DNA of 64,000 bases from Trypethelium eluteriae. Lineage: Eukaryota. Shown here piece after piece: positions 49,746 through 62,811 of this stretch. The position numbers were made by a program, and so were the translations under genes. The DNA lies in the NCBI GenBank assembly GCA_051942245.1, contig JAVECL010000050.1, positions 1 to 64,000 of the forward strand, given 5' to 3'. How positions within the stretch are numbered: the first letter of the stretch is position 1; each line of letters begins with the position of its first letter. The notes under the pieces were generated by a model. That model saw only the letters and a program-made list of their open reading frames with translations, searched no databases and had not been told where the DNA came from.

Positions 49746-52725
49746 ATGGCAGCAAATTCGAGCGCCATCAATCGCCCTTTGTTACCTCAGACCGTCCAGA
49801 TGCAGAGCTTCAACTTTGCGCCACCCGCGCAGGTTCCGCGCGAAAACCAAAAGACATTTGTCTTCGTCGATGAGCAGAATCGTCACAAACGCCTCAAGGT
49901 AATGAGAGCATGTGAAGGCTGCCGGCGGAGAAAGATCAAATGCGACGCCGCCACCACCAACACCTGGCCATGCTCTGCTTGCGTGCGACTGAAGCTCAAT
50001 TGCATTCCTCCAACAATCAGCTACGAGAAGGACTCCGGCTCTGGTACTTTTGTCTTTGATCTGGAAAGGCCGCAATCCTATGATGGAGGTTCCAACGGAA
50101 GTCTTTCTGGTGAAGATGATCTTGCTGGGCCTCAACCGCCCCTACCTCCGGCCCCTATGAGCGCTCCAGTGGGCCCTTCGCCTCCACCATTCTCTCAAGC
50201 TTACACTTCAAATCCACTTCCGCGCACATATCATGACGACCAGTACCTACCGCCGCTTACTAGCCATTCCAATGTGTCGTATGGAAATATGCCACAGCAG
50301 GTCCCGGTCTCGGACAGCGCTTATACTTCTCCATCTGTTTACCCAACTCCGACCACCGCTGGTGCTGAGGCTGCCGTACCGGAAGATAGAGAGTGGCGGA
50401 CAGACATGGCTACTCAGAACTTGAGTAAAGCCCTCGGAGAACTCAAGATCGATCATACAGCTGTTGGTATGTTAGCTTGGCTTGCGCTTGTCCGTAGTTT
50501 ACTAGCGATTTTAACGAGTATGCCCAGCTCCGTATATCGCCAATCACAAGACTCTGGCAGAAACGCCTGCTTTAGAAGAAGTTCAGCTGCACATTCCGGA
50601 TCATCACAGTGCGGACTCCGTCGTTCGAATACCACCATCAATGATGCCTACGGAAAACCAAGCTATGCGATACTTTGAATATTTCTTTTCCCACATACAC
50701 CCATACGTCCCCGTTCTAAACCGCCCCTACTTTTACCAGCATTGGCATACAGGCCGTGAAAAGATCTCGCCCTTGATTTTAGAGGGTATCTTCGCATGTT
50801 CGTCCCGAATGCTAGATGAGCCAGCCGAGGCCGATAAGTGGCTTGCTCTCTTTGCAAGTGAGTACTACTATCTCTCCCCAATATGAGAGAATGCCTACCT
50901 GACCTATGCAGAGCACGAGGAGAGCTTCCGGGATGTGCCACGGATAAGCACAATACAAGCTTTTCTTCTCATTTTGAAGGCACGGGAAGCAGTGCCCAAA
51001 CGCGGCTACTATTATCGTTCATGGACAACGATTGCCAATCTTGTACTCATGGCCAAGGACTTGGAGCTACACGAGCATCATGAAATTCACCAGATGGGCA
51101 GATCCTGTGGTTCCTCCGTCTACGACTGTTCAACAAAGTATCGAGTCTGGCACACTCTATTCGTTGTCGAACTGATGATAGGTGCCCCACAAGGTGAATC
51201 TTTGGACCTATGTTGATGATTCTCCGGCTAACGTTGCATAGGACGGCACAATTTTGGCGTGCCGCTAGATTCGGTAGACTTCAGTGTAGCTCGTTTACCA
51301 GGTCTTGACGACGGTGAAGCCCAGATATCACGGCAATTCTCCTACTTGTTGCAGTTGATTAAGGACATTCGGGGGACCAATCAACTGTATTCAAGACTGA
51401 GCAAGAAAAAGAAAGACTGGCCTTTGGATCCTGAGTTCATGGAGCATAGTCACGTCTTTGCGCAATGGACTCGAAGTCTTCCTCGCGATCTTCACATTGC
51501 ACTTCCGCAGGATGGCTCAACGCCTTGGATTCCTTCTCACTACGTTGCCAATCTCCATAGCTACTACCATCTGGCAGTGGTCATGCACCATAGGCCTCAG
51601 TTTCAGTTTCGTATGGATTTCAACGATACTTGGAAGCAACACATGTGTATCTGCTATGCTTCGGCAAAGACGATTTGCAGGCTCCAAGAAGCAATTTTAC
51701 AACACTACGGTCTGCCAGGCTTGCTTTGCATGCAACGCGGCGTCAACTTCACCATTTACGCAGTCATGACATGCACGATACTCCATCTAGTAAGATCCTC
51801 GATCTCCCCTACACAAGTTTTTCCTAATATGTATAGGTTGCAATCACTTCACCAGATCCTGAACTAAATGCAGACGCTCGAGAGTATTTCACTCGACACA
51901 TGCGGATTATGGAGCAGTGCATTAATGCATGGCCAATGCCAGAAGTTCAGTTACAGATCAACTCTTTACGGGAAGCTTTTTCCGCCGATCTGGCCAAGCC
52001 ATTCGAGCTCAAGCCAAGCTTTCCGTACAATAGTCCAGTCAATGTAAATCATCCGAGCCCGCCAAATGATTATCGTCCTGCGCAGCTCTCAACTCACGAC
52101 CCTTCATCTCTCGATCAGCCAGGTCAGGTCTACCATAATGCACACCCAATAACTCCACCAATTTCAGCAGGCGATGCGGACTCTAAGGCTGACTCTCCCG
52201 CAGCACAGTCATTAATGATGATGGCTACGGGTCAGAGACACGCCCAGCAAATAGGGTCTATACCGATATCTGAACCCAGCCACTGGAATCCGTCGAGGAT
52301 CTTTGAGTAAGTCACACAACTCCTTCCGCCCCCACATTTTCCCGAATTGACCATCGCGTAGTCAATGGAACACAGCGTTCGGTACGTCTTCGACCAATGG
52401 ATCCGCCACGCAAAGTTCACCACCTCACAAAGCCCCAGGCCCGACTTCTGCCGGATTCGCTACCCTCCCGCAAGACCCGAGCCAACCATCGTTCTCCAGC
52501 GTATCCAGTGTCGGCTCCGGATCACCGCATGGCAGCCAGATGCATCACTCACCGACTCCTGGCAACCAGCATATTGCCTATGGGGCAGCCCCTCAGCAAT
52601 CATACGTGACACCGACGATGTGGCAAGATGTTGTTGCTGGCACTCTGCAAGGCGGACAGAAGCGGTCTTGGGATTACAGTAACCCTGCCTACATGGATCC
52701 AATGGCTCAAAAGAGAAGGGGATGA
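49746..52725 (+). CDS. Zn(II)2Cys6 transcription factor with fungal TF middle-homology domain, 6 exons
   Basis: RACEGCRRRKIKCDAATTNTWPCSACVRLKLNC zinc cluster; YFFSHIHPYVPVL, IQAFLLILKARE, MAKDLELH, RVWHTLFVVE; introns at about 50467, 50858, 51194, 51790, 52307. Confidence 0.93.
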
Positions 52726-53780
52726 TTGAGCCTCTTCTTGAGTTGTGTAGGTTTGACAGCATACACACTGTCCACGTACCGGGAAGGCGATGCTTTTTGA
52801 TTCACCGGCCCAAACTCAAATTATTGCTGCCTGACTCTTATATTGCGGTGGCACCCTTGGATCTTTTTCCAGCCCACTGTTTGCCATGCAGCCTTCATGC
52901 GACCGTCGAACCTATTTTGTTTAGAGATCTTCAAAAAAAAAAGCGCACTGACTAGAGTAATGATTGCATGGTCCGAGCCAGATTTTATGGAGCATTGAGG
53001 GCTGTCACAGAGCCGGAAACTGCTCTCAAGCCCGAATCTTCGAATCTAGGCTCAATACGGAATCTCATCATATGGCTGGCTATTTGCTCAAATCTGACCG
53101 GGAGCTAGGTTTCCTTCTGACTTGCATGTCCACCGATATCCTCAAGTGGCCAATATGAAGGTGGCAGTCTCTGGTTCTTTCTTTCTTGTATTCTTATCTT
53201 TTCTCACATTTCATGGCACCATATCATTCCCCATGATGTTTCGATGAAGGCACGATCATCAGCGTACTTGTACTATATCACATGCCATCATCCCTGGAAT
53301 GAATCAAAGGACTTCCTTTTTGCATTTCGCCTGATGTTTAAATTCCACTGTTTCCCAGGAAATTTATCCATGGTCCAGCAAGATTTTCCAACAGCAGTCA
53401 TCATAATCCTTGTCGTATCCACGATTGCTTTCCGGGTCACCGCTATTGGCCAATCCATTTCCCCGCACACTGATCGACAGTCTCCCCACGCCTGTTCTCA
53501 AAGTTCAACGGTCACATTCGTATTGCCCAATGCCAAGCACCGGTGTGGAAGGACATATGGTGATCCTTCATCTCTACGTCTACGTCGGGAATTCGCCATA
53601 TTGATGCGCCATTAGTGCTCCGACCGTCCTAATATCCATGGATGACGTGGAAGATCTCGCCCAATTTTTGCTCACCATCCTGCTCTTTGCTTCACGCCAT
53701 TTCATAACACTACCATGACAAAGTTTAACGTGCCACAGGAGTAATCTCAGTCGTCCTCTACTTTGCGAAGCTCTCCAGAT

Positions 53781-55684
53781 ATGGGGGTTTGGAAACGCGC
53801 TTTCCCCGAAAAGAGCCCGACTCAAGATGCTTCTTCTTGTTCAAGCCCTTCCCCCTCTACGACACAAGATCTCAAAGCCGATCCTAGTCCAGGCATAACC
53901 ACCCACGTTGAATCTACCACACGAGTCGCGAGCTCGCATTTCCAAACTCATGCCACTTCCACCTCCAACGATGTCGATGTTGATGTCGCCGCCAATCTTT
54001 TCAGATCCCCTACCGATCTCCAAGCCAGCGCCGACATTGATCCGGCCACCGAGCGCCGTCTCGTCCGCAAGATCGACCGGATGATTTTGCCCTATCTAGC
54101 CGTGTGCTACGCCTTTTTCTACATTGACAAGACGACTCTCTCGTACGCTGCCATCTTCGGGATCAAGAAGGACTTGAAGCTGGTCGGGGCTGAATACAAT
54201 TGGCTGAGCAGCATCTTCTACTTTGGATTCCTGGCATGGGCGGTGCCGACGAACTTTGGCTTGCAGCGCTTTCCAGTGGGGAAGTACCTTGGGGGGAATA
54301 TCTGCGCATGGGGCGCGTTGTTGATGCTGCAGGCGGCGTCGAATGTTTGTGCCAATTCCAGTTTGCCTTCGCTTCCTCTCATCTCCATTTTAATCTATCT
54401 CAAAATTAGCTCAGCTAGAAGTCTTCTCCTTCCCAATTTTCTCCAATCGAGTTCAACTCGTTCCCCTAATCCGGATTAACGCTATGAAGAACTATGCATA
54501 AATAGACTGACCAATCGCTCCCCGCTCACAGAATTTCGCCTCCCTCGCTGCCCTCCGCGCCCTTTCTGGTGCTGCTGAAGCGTGCTCCGACCCAGCGTTT
54601 ATGCTCATCACGGCCATGTGGTACACACGACGTCAGCAACCCCTCCGCATGGGCATATGGTATACAGCGAATGGAGGTGGTATTGCACTAGGAGGACTGC
54701 TAGGGTACGGGATCGGCCACATTCGTGGCGCACTAGCCTCCTGGCGGTATGAGTTCCTCATTGTGGGCGCCGCGTGCATGATCTGGGGCATTGTGATGAT
54801 GGTGATGCTGCCGGACAGCCCGGTCACTGCGAAGGGGTTATCGTGGGAGGAGAGGAGGTGTGCGGTAGAGAGGCTGAGGGGGGATCAGACGGGAGTGGAG
54901 AATAAGCGGTTTAAGGCGTATCAGGTGAGGGAGGCGGTACTAGATCCGAAGACGTACCTGCTTTTTCTCCTAGGCGTCGTAGGAAATGTGCCGAACGGGG
55001 GAATTAGCAACTTTGGCACACTGATCATTCAGGGGTTTGGCTTCAGCACACTGGTCACGACCCTCATGCAGATCCCTTACGGTGTGCTAATTGCATTGAG
55101 CATCTTGGCTTGTGTATTCTTGAACGATTACGCATGTGCAAAGAGAAAGATGAACACACGGTGCATTTTCATTCTCTTGTGGCTGTGCCCGAACATCGCT
55201 GGTGCATTCATGCTTGCATATGTGGGTTTGGATCACAAGGTTGCGAGATTATGGGGATACTATCTGACGGGGCCGTACAATGCTGCCTTTGTTATGATTC
55301 TGAGCCTGTCAACGGCCAATACTGCAGGTCACACCAAAAAAGTATTTACAAATGCCGTACTGTTCTTGGGCTATTGTACTGGCAACATCATTGGTAAGCT
55401 TCATATTTCTCTGGGGCTCACGAGAAAATGTATCGCTCTAAACAACTCCAGGGCCTTTTTTTTACAAGACGGACCAGGCACCTACTTATCGGCTAGGCAT
55501 CTGGAGTATGATTGTAAGCCATTTGATTGAGGTGGTTACGATATGTTGCTTTTACGTAGTCCTCAGCCTCGAGAATCGACGTCGTGACCGGTTGTATGGC
55601 AAAGTGGAAGAGAAGGATTTGGATGAGACGGCTTTTGGTGACCTGACAGACAGGGAGAACAAGAACTTCAGATACGTGTTTTAG
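53781..55684 (+). CDS. MFS transporter, allantoate permease (Dal5/ACS) family, 3 exons
   Basis: LVRKIDRMILP, YIDKTTLSYAAIFG, YNWLSSIFYFG, WYTRRQQPLRMGIWY, LPDSP, NTAGHTKK, GNIIGPFFY, DLTDRENKNFRYVF*; introns 54345-54531 and 55394-55451. Confidence 0.93.
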
Positions 55685-56175
55685 CGGATCTTCTGGGGTC
55701 CACGTAGTCGTGGGGCTGAAGATGCATTTATACAATCATAGAAATCTGAATACGAGATTCTAGCCCTAATGACTGTGTTCTAGCAATATTTGCCTCGTTT
55801 GCAGTTGGTAATGCACCACTTCGCTGAACACGTGATAGAATGCAACCGAATGATCGTTCAACCCATACAGTGACACTACCGATTGCCATTGCTTTCGCGG
55901 AGCCACGAACCGCTGACTGCTCCTGTTTCTTATCCCTACTAGTGCGTGCGATAAGAAATGTCGGTGGGCCACACGTGGTTCGAGAAGACCTCAGCTAGTG
56001 CGAAAACCTGTTGGGGCCCCCCTAAGTTGTATAGATTTAGAATAGAAAATTGGAAGATCTTTGAGGGATCTGTGTTCGATACTACACTTTGTACAGTCTT
56101 GAACAGATTCCACCGAGGGCCTTCGAAACCAATGAAGTCAGATGTTTGGGCCACGTCTGATGACGCCGGCATTCC

Positions 56176-57927
56176 TCAACTCTCATCCACATCAAATCGA
56201 CCCATAGTACTGGTGATTGACTTGTAATGTGAGGTTACAGCAGCAGCATGCTCCTCTACTGCAGAAATGAGGTCGAAGCTGGCGGCATTGACGTTTTCAG
56301 CAGCTGCTTTGGCCTCTGCTATCGCCTGAAATAATTGAAGTTTCCTTGAATGATGTAGAGCCTTGGATATCACTGTCTGGGCGGACTGCCTAACGCGTTC
56401 GGCGCTGGAAACGAGATGCCCTGTGACATGATGGTAGCTTTTGTCATCGGCCATAATTCTGAGTTCTGGAGGTTGAGAGCAACGTATATCCGGATCTGAT
56501 GGTGATTCGCCTATTGCGAGATTGGTCTGCAACGGATCATTGGTTGGCCACTTTTCCGACGACGCAGGGTCCAGATCGTTAGCCTGGCCCGTGGTATAGT
56601 TTTCACTAGGTGACATGGTAGTGAAGCTATTAAGGATGTCACTCGAAGTAGACATGCTCGGATAGACTTGACTCAGGATGTGGTTTTGGCAAGCCTCTGT
56701 TCTGCCGACTGTATTTCGCTGACTAGACCGTATGGATCGCATGCTTTGGACCTTCCTTGTTTCTCTATCGCTGATGGCAACATCACTCTGTACAGTATGG
56801 ACTTCTCGGTCATCTCCCGTGTGTCTGATTAAGTTTCCGTCCACGAATCTTACGCGACGTGTTTGGATCTTTCTCGGGTGATGTAGTAGTTCTCTACATT
56901 TTTCATGGTAAATAGATTCGAGTCGCAGGATGTCAACGCCTCGTACCCACGCTACGATTTCAATGGGCAGTTGTGGAGCTTTTGCCCATGTTTGGAGGAA
57001 GGGCCTGTGTCGAGACAATCTAGTGCCTGGAGACTTCACATCAGTGGATTAAGCTCGGATTGCATGGTAGCCAAAGGGCTGAGATCACCTTCAAAATTGA
57101 GGGCAATGAGCCGCCGCTCTCGATCATCCCAGGTTCGAGGCATTAACGTGAGGAACGCCATGGCCACTAAGAAATCTTGGCCTTCATTTGAATTCGCGAG
57201 CAGCTGTCCCAATGTCTTTGCAGTTTCGACATCGGCTGGTGAAACCGGTTCGACGAGATCAACGCTTTGGCAAAAGCGTTCCCGCAGAAGATTCAAGCAC
57301 ACCATGAACTTCTTCTCCCTATCGGTTCTCCGAAGGATTGGGTATATCGTATTCAGATAATTCTTCAGAGCACGGAAAAGAATACGTCCAATAATAGCGT
57401 CCTTAGGAATGCGTCGCCAAGCCAAGTACTCATGGTCAATCTCGTTGAAGCAACGAACGTTTACATGTCCTAATCCAAGCGAGCACTTCACCTCCCTCGT
57501 TTGAAAGATTTCCTCTACCTTGCTGGTATCGATGAGAAGTAGAGTAGTCTCCCTCGTGCGATGATTCCGAAGCCAGTTTGCACGTGCAAGCGCCCAAAGG
57601 AGGGATCCTGTCAGGGAGATCCATGGCGATGGTTCATTATGCTCGCCAGAGATATGAAGCCTCGTGATACGCTGGAGGCAATCGTAGTCGAACTCGGTGG
57701 TTTGGTCTCTGGCAAAGAGATCCAGGTCAGCTACGGTATCATGGGGTTGAAATCCGTCAACGCGCCACACCAGGCGCGGAATTTCTTTCTTTGAGCAATT
57801 TATCCCTAGAATCGTTAAGAGGAGCCTTGGCTACCTTTCATCTTGACTTACTCAAATTCAATCCTCCGGTACATACGATTGTTTCATCACTTCGCTGAGG
57901 CGCTTCAAAGTGGAAGGACACGGCCAT
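56176..57927 (-). CDS. Hypothetical 547-aa protein with N-terminal ADP-ribosyltransferase-like (DUF7587-like) domain, 3 exons
   Basis: Exons 57927-57852, 57805-57089, 57026-56176 join in frame (1644 nt); motifs IPRLVWRVD, LHISG, PSPWISLTGSLLWA, LLLIDT, DHEYLAWRRIPKDAIIG. The second donor (GTGATC) is weak. Confidence 0.7.
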
Positions 57928-58847
57928 ATTGCGATGATCTATTAGGCTCAATCTCTCGTCGCCTAGTAAAAAGTGGGCAAGTCAATGCCTAAGCCTATAT
58001 GTGAACAGACGAGGCTGACGGAACTACTGATGGCCTCGACAGGGCTTATCAAGGATCCATGCAAGCGTTCGTTATTCAATGCAGTCTTCAATTGGGTACG
58101 TTGGAGCTCCATGACGGTATGAAGGGCTTGAATGCAAACCTATGGTAACGAACCACGCGTCCATGGTGAATCAACACGGCATAAGTAGGGGGTATCCTGG
58201 ATGGTAAACCGTCTCAAAAGCTTTCTTTCCGTAAGGGTCGCAGCAATGGCCCGCCAGATGGGCATCTTGTCCAATGCGCGGTCGAAGATCTATTGCTGTC
58301 ACAAGTGGGGACGCAGGCAGCAATCTGCAAATGGATGAGGTAAACAAGCCTCACCCGTTTTCGTAGCTTTAAAAGAAGAGCTCTTCGTTCGATGCATGTG
58401 CCGGAATTGGATAAGCTTGGTTCAATGAGGCTGGAGGATGCTCATGCCAAGTATTGAGAGAGAGCTGAGCTTGAAGCCGGTTTCAACTTTCGAGGACATT
58501 TTAGTAGGTCTGTGATCTCGATCTGTCCAGAAGTCAGCCTTGTTGCGCAATCCGTTGAGTAGAGGTGAAGCTGCTGATACTATCGTGAGCAGAGACGTCA
58601 CTGTGGCTACGAACGCGCATAAGATAAGGTGGCTTGACGACAATCGCAACGGTTACGAGATGCCACTTCACGCTTTAATGGCAAGTGTGGGTCAATCTCA
58701 GCGATAAAACACTCAAATGCCTTCCAGAAAGCAGATATCATTTAAGAAGCACCGTCCTTGTCGGTGCGGTATTCCTCTACCGAGCTTCCATTCGGAGTAT
58801 CTCCTGGCGTACTGGACTCACCGATTCAAAGCCGGAGTACTCGAGAC

Positions 58848-61514
58848 TCACCCAAGATGCCTTGCCTCCTTTGCAATTGCATTACACAATTCCACCTTGA
58901 TCCCAGCTCCTGTTAAGACATGGATCCATAACCTCTGCGTATCACTTAATCGATCATTCTCGCTCTTCACCTCTGCAAACATTACCTCTCCCTTCCCAAG
59001 TTCGTCTTTCTTCCAAAGAAACAAATCCGGCACTCCACCTCCTCTTTGTCCATACTCTTGCGCCAGGACCTTACAGCATGTGCTCAAAGCCTCGCCCCCA
59101 AATATGCCCACAATCTCTAACAGGTCAGCAATATCAAAGGACCAATCTAACCCAACCACGCAGGTCTTGCGCTCATAATGTTCGTCCCATATCCTTTTCA
59201 CAATGTCTCTCCCCAGCCCATTGCTAATTTCTGCCAGCCTGCGGTTCACCTCACCGAGTCGAGGCGGGTAGAAGGCGTCGCTATGTAGGTCTAAAGGGCA
59301 AGTCTGGTAGGGTGTTTGAAAGACGTTGGGGACATATGTGAAAAGGATGTCATAGAAGAGATAGGCAAATAGCGTACGGAGAACGCCGCCTTCGGAATGG
59401 TAGCCACGGTAGCCGAGGTCGCGGTAGTTGGAGAGGCACATTTCCTCGACGCTACATTGGCTTGGTGAGTCTGAAGGAGAGGCGGGATCCACCCAGATCG
59501 TTCTGCCGCCGCGCCGGGTGGACGAAGATGGTGTTGTACTGGGATCTTTGACGACTGTAGATGTCATGCTCTTAGGTAGCGTCGCTGGAGGAGGAGAGCG
59601 CTCGATTCGGGTTCCTTCAAAAGTGCGTTCAACTGGTTTGGCAAGTCGAACGTGCCCGAAGTCATGTTGGAAGCGCTTGGCGATCTTGAGAGCGCGCTCG
59701 AGCTTCAAAATACGCTTTTGAAGATCATAGTGATAAATCACGGTGACATGATTGTCCTGGAGTCCATCTTCACAGGTTTGAAGGGCAATCTGCTTCCAAT
59801 GTTTCCTCTGTGCGTCGTCCGTGCGACCTTCGCTGGGATACAGAGCACTCATGTAATGTTCTTCAAGCAAGGCCTTGCGCTGATACCATGCCCCCCGCCT
59901 AGCTGGATGGAAGAGCCGTTGATTAAGAAGCTCGGTCAAAATCTCGTGCTCCCGCTTGTGCTGCTTAAATTTGCCCAACACGTCGGCGCCTTTGTGAATG
60001 ATACGCGTGTAAACCCAGGCTGGCGAGAGCCGGCGTAAATATGCACCTTCACCGCTGGAATAAACGCTATCTTCTTTTCGCTGTTCTTCTTGGAGCAGAA
60101 CAGCCCATCGCGGATAAATTTCTTCAAAGATATCAAGTACTGTCTGCAAGCCTTGACGGTTTGGCGTACCGTTAAACTCGAGAATATCATCAACTCGAAA
60201 CTGCGTCCGGATTGATGCTTCGAATTCAAGGAGTGAAGTTCGTGATGAGAAGATATTTGCGGATCGAGATACGATGTACTCTGGGAAATTCCTGCGAGCA
60301 ATCCTTGCTAAAATGATGGTCGTGAGGGATTTTTCAGTCCACTCAGTAGACCTATAGAAGACAAGATGAACTCTTTCAAATAACTTTAGCGGTGCGGAAG
60401 TAAGTCGAATGCAAGGGCCGGTTTCAGCGAGGATCTTTTGAACAAAATAGGCATCTCTGTTCTCCTTGGTTGGACTTCTATTCCTGCTCTTGTTGTCCAG
60501 CTCAGCATCGTTAGACTTTATGCTCTCTTCCGTTTCTTCCCGTCTTAAAAACCCAAGGGCCGATTGGTTCCCACTGGTTCTTCGTAAGGAAGCAAGTAGT
60601 TCTTTCTTGTTCTTGCCTTGTGCTTTCACATCTCTTGCTATGGCTTTGAGTTCATCGAGTCTTAATAAAACGGAGGCTTCTTCTAAAGTCTTGATGTGCT
60701 CGTCAGAATGATCGGCAAAGGTAAAGGACCGCCCTAGAGTGGTTCCTTCAGGCGTTTCAAGCTCACCCGGATTTTGGTGAACTTCATCTCTAGTTTCTGG
60801 TAGATCTCTGGACCACTGAAGCTCCTCGATCGGGCTTTCGAGATTTGCAATATCGCTATGGTATCCAAGAGTTCGGATGCGGTGCCAAGCCGAGGTTTTC
60901 CGCAAGAAAAGGCGCACGTATCTAAAAGTTTGGTGTTCAGTCATCGTTCCATGCAATACTTTATCACAGTCCTAGCCTTACAGATACTGTGCCTCATAGC
61001 TCAAGGCTTTCCAATTATGAAAAACTCCTATTTCTGCGGCATCGAACAGATGGCTCTCCTCCTCCAGAACTGTATCCAGAGCTAGGTTGAAAGCGTCCAC
61101 GTAGATTGAAGTTCGTCCCTTGACCCATTCCGCTCTTTGCATGCGACCCTCAAGCCCCATTTCTGCGTTTTGCGCCACTCTTTGTGCTTCATACTCCTCA
61201 ATGGCTTCCTTATCCGTCTTGATCGCGGGAAGAGCTGACTCGAGATCCGTAAGCTGCGTGGATTCGAGATCACCGAAGCCTTCGTCATTTGAATCGGTAT
61301 CTGGCACCGGGATCTCTCGTAGTCGGGGTTTGGGTGGCGACGGAGTGCTCTCAGCCAGATCTTCCTCATGGCCATCATCGTCGAATCCTGATCGTCGTTG
61401 CCTTTTCGTAGGCCTCTCATCGAGATAGTCGTGCTCTTTCCCAGACAGTCCTTTCTGTAGAAAGCGTCCAAGCATCTGATTGTGCTTTGTGGGCGACTGC
61501 GTCTGCAACGCCAT
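58848..61514 (-). CDS. FAN1: Fanconi-associated nuclease 1 (VRR-NUC), 2 exons
   Basis: SIYVDAFNLALDTVL, YLYVRLFLRK across intron 60981-60922, RRGAWYQR, SVEEMCL..Y, GYHSEGG, FQTPYQTCPLD, GGVPDLFLW...EVKSENDRLSDTQ. Confidence 0.95.
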
Positions 61515-61570
61515 GTGGTCATGGATAAGCGGAATGACCTCACCAGAAGCGCCGAGTTGATATCGAAGTG

Positions 61571-61617
61571 CGCGAACATAATCTCAGGGTAGCGCGACCG
61601 CGTCGCGTCGTCACGTG
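61571..61617. promoter_or_regulatory. Cluster of CGCG-core (MCB/SCB-like) elements upstream of FAN1
   Basis: Four CGCG cores at 61571, 61593, 61599, 61604, about 57-93 bp upstream of the FAN1 ATG, plus CACGTG. Confidence 0.4.
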
Positions 61618-61796
61618 CCTTTTCATTCCACGACCAACTTTTCCATGGTCCGTTTTGAGTCTTTTCTCAGTTTCTATTAGGAGTGAGACGTCTTTCCATT
61701 GACCTTGTGAATTCTTCGAGATCAACAACGTCTTTGCATAGAGAAATCTGGAACACAATTCATGCAACGTAACCAATTAAATATTTTCACCTGAAT

Positions 61797-62467
61797 CTAC
61801 CCTATGTCCATTATATCCCCGTCGTCCTCGTCTACGATCCCACTTGGAACATGTGCACCTGTGAAGATTGGCTGAGCCTTTTGCTCCATGCCGGGGACAT
61901 TATTGGAAGCTAGGCCTTGATATGAGTTCTCCTGCTTCTGCCGTGCTCTCGCTCTAGCCTCGATGACTGCCTTGCGAACGCTGTCCTTATCCTCTGGCAC
62001 TGAAAGGGCCGCTGGGACTTGGTACAACACCAGTTGATTATCTTTCTTGACCTCCTCCTCCTGACCTGTCAGAATATGCTTGGGCACTTTTGTGAGGTGC
62101 CTCTCGATGTCTGGAATGAACACTAGCCGCTCTTTGTCCGGCTCGCTTTGCTCACTCTCGGCCAATTCTGCGTCCAAATCGTATATGTAGATTTTGTCTT
62201 TCGTGTCGTCGAGTTGCATGAACTCATTTGGCGTCTGGGAGGACTGCGGCGATTTTGCTGGTTGCTTGGCGGAGATAGGGATGTAGAGCTTGCCTTCGCG
62301 GTCTGTAGCAAATGTTAGAGCAGCGATAGAACCGTGGCACTGTAACCAGTGTGCATACCAAGATTTAACAAATTAAAGCGCTTTGCAAGACGTTGCTCGC
62401 TGTCAAGGCTATCGTCGCCAGGCCGTTTCACGCCGTGCGGGCTCGACACCTCCGTGCAGGAAGGCAT
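61797..62467 (-). CDS. Hypothetical protein of a type commonly seen in filamentous fungi, 2 exons
   Basis: Exon 1 MPSCTEVSSPHGVKRPGDDSLDSEQRLAKRFNLLNL, intron 62358-62303, exon 2 with MQLDDTKDKIYIYDLDAEL, FIPDIE, LVLYQVP.ALSVPEDKDSVRKAVIEARARAR. Confidence 0.8.
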
Positions 62468-62811
62468 ATTTACCCATCACTGAAACAACCCCACCGTCCA
62501 CACCTTTAGCTATGGACGTTTTCTGTCTTCTTCCGTTATCGGTAATTAAGTCGGCGTCGTGTTTCGTATAGCAGACTCATTAGAGTTTGATGGTTGTGTC
62601 GAAGAAGGGGGTGTGTTTCATGCGCAATTGCTTGACTCACCAAGCTCGATGGTCAGATGTTTCTCGAAGCTTCGTAACAGCTGGTCCCGAGCGAAAGTCT
62701 TGCTTCGATGTCAACATCCGGCAACGTCTGTCCCCACTACGATTCAATAAAGGTCAATTGACCTTCCACCAGCATTTTACACACCTTAGATTTCAGCCAT
62801 ACCAATTCGAC

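Noticed and set aside
49746..55684. Zn2Cys6 TF and MFS transporter as members of the PKS cluster
   Set aside because: They are about 28 kb away, separated by seven unrelated genes, and look like conserved general-function genes.
58422..58649. Signal-peptide-like ORF (LRLSSSHLILCAFVATVTSLLTIVSAASP...) upstream of the ART-like gene
   Set aside because: It begins with TTG rather than ATG, overlaps the likely FAN1 3' region and has no coherent downstream exon; possibly a relic but unsupported.
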